From Octopus vulgaris (Eukaryota): a stretch of DNA of 64,000 bases. Shown here piece after piece: positions 56,808 through 64,000 of this stretch (its first letter is position 1; every line of letters starts with the position of its first letter). A program made the position numbers and the translations under genes. The notes under the pieces were generated by a model. It saw only the letters and a program-made list of their open reading frames with translations, made no database searches and was not told the origin of the DNA. Location: positions 58,776,001 through 58,840,000 of the forward strand of contig OX597824.1 of assembly GCA_951406725.2 (NCBI GenBank). The letters are read 5' to 3'.

Positions 56808-57400
56808 GTGGCATTTCGTTCTGAGTTCAAATTCCGCCCAGGTCGACTTTGCCATTGATCTTTTCGGGGTCGATAAATCAAGTACCAGTGAAACACTGGG
56901 TTCGGTATAATAGACTTGTCTTCTCCCCCAAAATTTCAGGCCTTGTATCTATAGTTGAGATAAATAGGGTGGTGAGCAGGCAGAATCGTTAGCATGCTGG
57001 AGGAAATGTTTAGCGATATATTGCTTGTTGCTACGTTCTGAGTTCAAATTCCGACTGTGCCTTTCATCCATTCGCGGTCGGTAAAGTAAGTGCCAGTTGA
57101 ACGTTGGGGTCGTTGTAATCGACTTATCCCCTCTCCCAAAATTGCTGCCCTTGTGGTAAAATTTGAAACCATTATTATTTTCTCTTTTCCGCTTTCTAAT
57201 TTAGGCACAAAATTCAATTTTGATAGGGGATAATAGTCAACACCATTCACTAGAACTTGACAAGTACTTTTTTTATCGGCCCCGATGAGATGAAAGGCAA
57301 AGGTTCCCTCAATCGGTTTTGAACTCAGTACGTAAAGCGTCAGAAGAAATGCTCCTAAGAATTTTGCCTGACGCACCTGAATGTTTTCTGCCCAGTAAAG
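56808..57400. mobile_element. SINE family B cluster (two plus copies, one minus copy)
   Basis: ctgagttcaaattccg...cctttcatcc cores; tail-to-tail junction at ~57170-57200. Confidence 0.8.
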
Positions 57401-58575
57401 ATGCGAGATGAATAAATCAGTACTAAATTGATAGATCTTTTTATCGATCCCGGGGTGAGGATGAAGGACAAAAATTCGATAAGATATAATCACTTATAGG
57501 GCCGTACGTATAGACTACTCCAATTGTCTCAAAATTATTGGCATTGTTTCTAAACTAGAAAAAAATCATTGTTATAAGAGTTAATATTGTTGCTTTTAAT
57601 GATGTTGTTGTAAGAATTTCTGCTGTTAGGCACCAAACAAGTTTGTGACATTTGTGTGGGCTTTCGAAAGCAGCTTCAATGGCAGATCTTGTTCTCGTGT
57701 TATCCATATTTAATGTTTTAAAATCATTATAGAAACCAACCGCAGTTTTCTTAGTAGTATTTACAAAACATGAATCCGGTCTAGAATTTCTGACTTGCTA
57801 CAGCTCGTCTTGATGATGATGATGATGAGGAGGAGGAGGAGCGTCTTTCTGTTGGGTGTATGTATTGACACTGTTTCACAAGTGTGTTTATGTACTACAG
57901 TGTAGAAAAACATCTCAGAATGACTTTTGTTGTCAGAATACTGTAGTGTTTGCTGCTAATGCTGTTTTGCTGCTGCTGCTGCTGGTGTTGCTGTTGTTGT
58001 TGATTTTGCTATTGTTACTGCTGTTGTTTTTGATGCTGTCTTTATTCTTATTACTGATGTTGCTGCTCTTGTTGTTCTTGTTATTGTTGCAGATGTAAAT
58101 TTTGTCGCTGCGTTATTCTTGCTGTTCTTGCTCTTACTACTATTATTGTTAATGCTGTTGCAGTTGTAGTCTTTGCTCTTGTAATTGTTGCTGCTGCTGT
58201 TGCTATTATTGCTTTTCTTCATATGCAACAAAAGCAGTATTAGAATAAATTTGCAATCTGTGTACCATACTAAATGCCAAAATAAATCATGGATATCCAA
58301 ATTAACTGCAATGTTCGGGTCGAAATATTTCTTATGGCCGTACTGTGTTAAACAATGGTGAGGTCTGTATCTACTGAGAAATCCCAAAGAATCGCCATAT
58401 TTTCTCCCTCATTTACAGCTTCAGAGCGGTGCTTGTACCATCTGTCAGAAGTTTTGATTTTATAATGCCGACAATTTATCCAGTGTAGATATTGGCTAAC
58501 TCGGCCGGTGCTAAAAAATTACACCTAGAGATTAGCTAGTCTACTGCTTCAATCTCAGAGATTAGATACCCCACT

Positions 58576-58633
<58 letters not shown>

Positions 58634-58748
58634 CATCATCATCATCACCATCATCATCATCATTATTATTATTATTATCATCATCATCATCATCATTATT
58701 ATTATCATCATCATCATCATCATCATCATTATTATTATTATTATTATG

Positions 58749-58843
<95 letters not shown>

Positions 58844-58867
58844 CATTATTATCATCATCATTATCAT

Positions 58868-60148
58868 AGACGTCGCAGAGTATAAAATATCGTGAGATTG
58901 TTGATCGAAGATATTGTGTCTACCAGGGGCTTCCACTGTCTGTCAAGTCACAAAGACCTTCGACATACAGTACTTTACGCAATATGTGTGCAGTTCCAAG
59001 TAATGCCAACGTTTGCAATACATCTAGATTGTAGGGTAATTTTTATGTTTTTAGGTGGATTTTTTTTTCAGATTGGGTGGTATTGAACCCAATATTATGA
59101 TGACAATAGGGTTAACTTTTATGTTCGAATCTCGTAGCTGCCACATCTTAACGATCTCAATTTATCAACTTTTTATCTTTCTTTCATGATAATATGTTGA
59201 TATCCTGGCACTGCTATGTCGATTATTGGTCATTCTTGTTTGTCTCTCCTAAAAGTTACTATATCCGGCCTTCGGTGCTCTGACACTTTGTCTATCTGGA
59301 AATTAAAGTCCCACAGGACTTTTACCTTCGCCTTTTCCGGTGTATGTTGGGACCAAGCACCTGTAACCTCATATCCATACTTACGGAATAGTAGCCAGTG
59401 GAGGTTTTGGGCTACTTTGTCGTGTCTACGCTTGTATTCTTTCTGCGCAAGACTTTCACAAACACTAACAATATTAGTTACAATTTCGACCCTCTTACTC
59501 ACATTCTGCAGAGATCCGATGCACTTGTTTGTTATATATTCTTTTTCACTGATTTAGTATTCAGCGCCTGGGCCACAATGATTAGGCTTTCAGCATTCTT
59601 TTTTAGGTTACCCTTGTTGAGCCACTTCCATGATGCTTGCTGGTCTTTTAATTTGTTGGTTTCACGGTGGAACTGTCTAATTAACACCATACGGAGTAGG
59701 GTTTCTTCTCTCTTGTTGGCTGTTATTTTTCGGAATTTATGAACACTCAAGTCCATCTTTGTTAACTCATTCTGCACTAGTAGCATACTGTATCAGGTCT
59801 TCTTTGCTGTTTACCAAATATTCTGCTATGCTTCTTCTTTCATTGCTGATGCACTCCCGTACGCTAATCAGCCCACGTCCACCCTTACCTCTCTTCATGG
59901 AGGGCACCATGCATTGTCATTGTCTTTCGGGTAGTGCGATCGAGTTAGTCAATCTCCGCTTGTGTCCATTTCAACCGCCCATATGCTGATGGCAATCACA
60001 AGGTTCCTTGAGTTCATCTTTGATTTCAAGAGAAATTTGAGGCACTTGAAATAAGCAGTGATGACATCGTCTTTCATTTCTTTGTGAAAGATATTGTCCA
60101 GCTCCAGGATACCAAGGTACTTGTACCCACCATCATCCGGGTCTTCCA
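58868..60148 (-). mobile_element. Third R4/Dong-like family, 5'-truncated, degenerate
   Basis: GYKYLGILE, GGRGLISV, ESLIIVAQ, AQKEYKRRHDKVA..LHW, VLWDFNFQIDK...RRPDIV; 3' end runs into (GAT/AAT)n. Confidence 0.9.
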
Positions 60149-60156
60149 TAATAATA

Positions 60157-60243
<87 letters not shown>

Positions 60244-60244
60244 T

Positions 60245-60320
<76 letters not shown>

Positions 60321-61832
60321 CAACCTCATTATTATTATCATTATTATTATGGCTATTACCAGTAGTAATAGTAGTAATGGTAGTATCAGCAGTTGTAGTA
60401 GTGCTTCTAGTCAGTATTTTTTGATAATGTGTTTTTGTCTTTGTTGATGTCACAGTTGTTTTATTTGTTGTAAAATGTAATTTTATGCTCCCTTCTAACA
60501 TATTGGATGACAGGAGACATTTAATGAATGCAACATCCTTACATACACCCACAGATACTTCGTATAAATCCATATGGCACCATAACATATTATACACGCA
60601 ATCACACACATGTGTTCACTTACACATACACATACGCGAACACAAATGTAATGATACGTTCACAGGATCCATGCACATAGTGACACCTCCACATGCACGC
60701 ACAATTATAAGCATACATATATACACACGTTGCATAAAACGCATAAATAGAGAATCATGCCCATGCAAGCATGAGCATCATGTCCACAAACGTACACATA
60801 TACTCACTGACAAATGCACGCAAACTCACACACGTACGCATACACATACGCACGCGCGGTCACACACATACTCACTAACATATTTCTGAATTGATTGAAT
60901 GACGTCATTAGCGAACTCCTAACCACTTGATCGGTCAGTAAGACATACGATAGGCAAAGTCTGTAATGTGATAGCATGGTATGGTTGAGCTTGATAGCTA
61001 TCAAATGATTGCAGATGAAACCTTTCCAGCGAGAATTCCGAAATGTTATATTTTAGGTAGGATGCCACCTTAAAGAAATTTGAGAAGCATTTAAGTGAAA
61101 TGCTAATTATGGCCACTCTGTGTCCTTTGCGTTGTAAAACACAAACTACAAGATAACAGATAAAAGATCACAGTCAGTTTCACTTTGAATTAATTCTTGT
61201 ATGGTATTTGCTGTCCAATTAAATAATAATATCTCATGTGTTTACGCCGTTGCAATAATAATAACGACAACAACAATAATAACAACATCAACAACAACAA
61301 TTAGATGGACGAAAAAAGCAACAGTGACGACAACAGCAATACGAGCCGAACAGAATCCTGTTTGTGGTCAGTTGATATACCAGAAGTCTGAGTCACCCTC
61401 AAGTTAGAGTCTACAACCGTGAAAGAGCAGGTGTTACATTGGAAAATGTGGTTTGGATCCACATTGACTTTCTAGGATATTAGATTTAACCCATTAGGCT
61501 GGTTATTTGTTTCCTTTAACAGAGTCTAATCTGTTGCAAGCATTCAGACCTGGCCTCTGGTTTGAGGAGGACATCTCCCTCCTCATTTCTTACTACCAGT
61601 CACGGAGGCCCTTCGAAGTGTTATATGCACACCAACTTTCTTCCTAAAAATATCCTATTTTTATTTGTGTGGTTTCCATAAATTTCTTATTATTATTATT
61701 GTTGGTGTTGTAGTGTCGCTGATGCTGTTAGTGCTGTTAGTGTTGTTGTTTACCTCGAGTCTGCTTTGGTATGATGATTTCCATTGGAACATTCCACTCG
61801 TGAGCATCATATATTTTATTGATATAGATAGG

Positions 61833-61995
61833 AGCAGGCGTGGGTTTGTGGTGCTAAGAAGCTTGCTCCACCACCACATGGTTCCAGGTTCAGTCTCACT
61901 GTGGAGCACCTTGGGCAAGTGTCTTTTACTATGACCTTGTGCCAACCAAAGCCTTGTAAGTGGATTTGCTAGAGGAAAACTGAAAGAAGCCCGTC

Positions 61996-62062
<67 letters not shown>

Positions 62063-62268
62063 TATGTGTCTTTGTGTCTGTATTTGTCTCCACCACCGCT
62101 TAACAATCGATGTTGGTGTGTTTACGCCTCTGAAATTTAGTGGTTCGGCAAAAGTGATCAATAGAATAAGTACTAAGCTTAAAAAGAGTCTTGGGGTCGA
62201 TTTGATCGACTAAAATCCTTCAAGACGGTGCTTTAGCATGGCTGCAGTCAAATAACTAAAAAGTAAAA
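61833..62268 (+). mobile_element. SINE family A, full length
   Basis: aggcgtgg...ggttcagtc...gcaccttgggcaagtgtc...(TA)n...cagcatggctgcagtc-like tail. Confidence 0.9.
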
Positions 62269-64000
62269 ACTTATATATATATATGCATTATCTTGGGTTG
62301 AATGTACATAGGTTTAATGCCAGTAGGATGAGATTTGAGGTGAGGTTCATCTGCTGCTTGTAGCAGGTTGAGTAGTTATGTTAAGTCTCCATCGTTTACT
62401 CAAAAAAATTCTATCAGTCAAATATTGTTGATCCCATTGCAGTAAATCTCATTGCTGAGTGTTAAATATGCTATGTACCAGATATGAAGTTAGCTTGTAG
62501 AAAGGAACCATTAACATCGTTGCTCGCTCAATATTTCTTCTTAATTCGGTCATCAGCAGCGACTTCACATCAGGCTATAAATATGCACGTTTTTGAAGTT
62601 TTAAATTGGGAGATTTTCTCCTTCCCTTGTATGATATCAGTTTACAGATAGAAGTAACTATCATTCTTTTTTTTTTTTTACTAAAAATGAAGAAAAAATA
62701 TGATGAAAATTTAAATTGAAATTTCTTCATTAAAATGTATTTCCTTTGGGAAAAAAAGTTTGTGTGTTAAATTAACTCCACAGAAGTTCATTGCTCTTTT
62801 TATATTCCATAGGCCCCTCCTTCATATATTTATGGGTAAAACGTTGTGTCATATCTATTAATCATTTGAAACCTGATAAAAGTTTTAAACGGCGATGGAG
62901 AAATCTTAAACATCAAATGACCTCTTGTGTGTGTGTGCAATGTATGTGCTCTGTTATTAATATAAGTATTATGGTTTTCATATGATGTGTGTCGAACGCG
63001 AATATTCGAGTTCAGAAATTGTAACTGCTCAGGTTCTCAAAGTTTCGTTGCCCTTTATCTGGTCACAACAAAGAGCATTGTTTGAGGTCATGTAATTTAC
63101 CTCAGTCCAACTAAATATGAATAGATACCATAACGACAAAATGATGCTCTTCGATGACGAGCAATACTTTTGTAATAAAAACTAGCGTACTAACAAGTAT
63201 GGTACGAGATATAATGAGTTCAATTCCATGTCTCGGAAAGTCATTGGGACAATCATTATATTATATTCCCTTCAATTGCTGATACCTTTTGAAATGTTTC
63301 ACAAAGAATACAAGAAACATTAAACGAACCACAACAAGAGAAACAATTGCTTAACAGCCAATTCGTAGATTGTCTGCACTGATAAAGTGTGTAATGAGTG
63401 GTAGATGTTGTTAGATCTAAAGTACGGAAATAGTCAGCCCATCTGAAAGACAGGGGTCACTAATTTGTGGTTCCAGATAAAAATATTACACTTACGTTTG
63501 TATGTCAAACATACATCACCAAACCGGTCTTCAAGTTGTGACAGTGTCTTTATTGGTATATTGTAATCATGGATACGTTATCTTCTATCTTTAATATATT
63601 GCTGCTCTAGACATCAGTAAAACCTTCGACCGCACCCCCCGTGCAATTCCGCTATCACCTCCATCTACATCTCACCTCTTGCATCGGTAGCTTATCTGGT
63701 CACAAAATAGCAGCATGTGTTGACGGAGCTCTAGCGTTCTCGGGGGTTCGGTTTTGGCCTTCATTCTCTTTCTTCTATACATTACGGAACCACTTACCGT
63801 CACATGCAAGAGAATGTTTTTATGTAGAAGACATGAGTCGTCATTCTTTCCCAAACATGCACCCTCCATGCGCAGCCTAGACGCCACATAGAAAATCCGC
63901 GCTGATTCAATGAACAGAGATTTTGAGACAAATGCTGGGTTTCCCTATCACAGAAAGTACATCTGTAACACAGATCCGAACGTATCCCAGAGACTGACTG

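Noticed and set aside
63641-64000. GC-richer stretch with short ORFs on both strands
   Set aside because: No family recognised and it is cut by the window edge; exon and old LINE cannot be distinguished.

Overview
AT-rich, microsatellite-saturated animal genomic DNA. The SINE types and repeat landscape suggest an octopus or other cephalopod (inference). No host protein-coding gene can be supported, and almost all ORF-track entries are translations of simple repeats. The window is a graveyard of mobile elements. (i) Penelope-like elements (PLEs, RT + GIY-YIG) and non-coding derivatives, usually next to (TA)n. About 15 loci carry type I hammerhead ribozyme (HHR) cores, intact or decayed, read by eye. 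They include three fold-back elements with outward-facing HHRs, a tRNA-head/(AAT)n/HHR cassette, and a structured ~350-nt, terminally redundant HHR unit resembling a retrozyme (34370-34850). (ii) R4/Dong-clade RLE-type non-LTR retrotransposons ending in (AAT)n, including four insertions piled up at 48.2-51.3 kb, plus a non-coding (AAT)n-flanked partner. (iii) At least three tRNA-derived SINE families. (iv) Tc1/mariner and RTE fragments. There is one 100-N gap.
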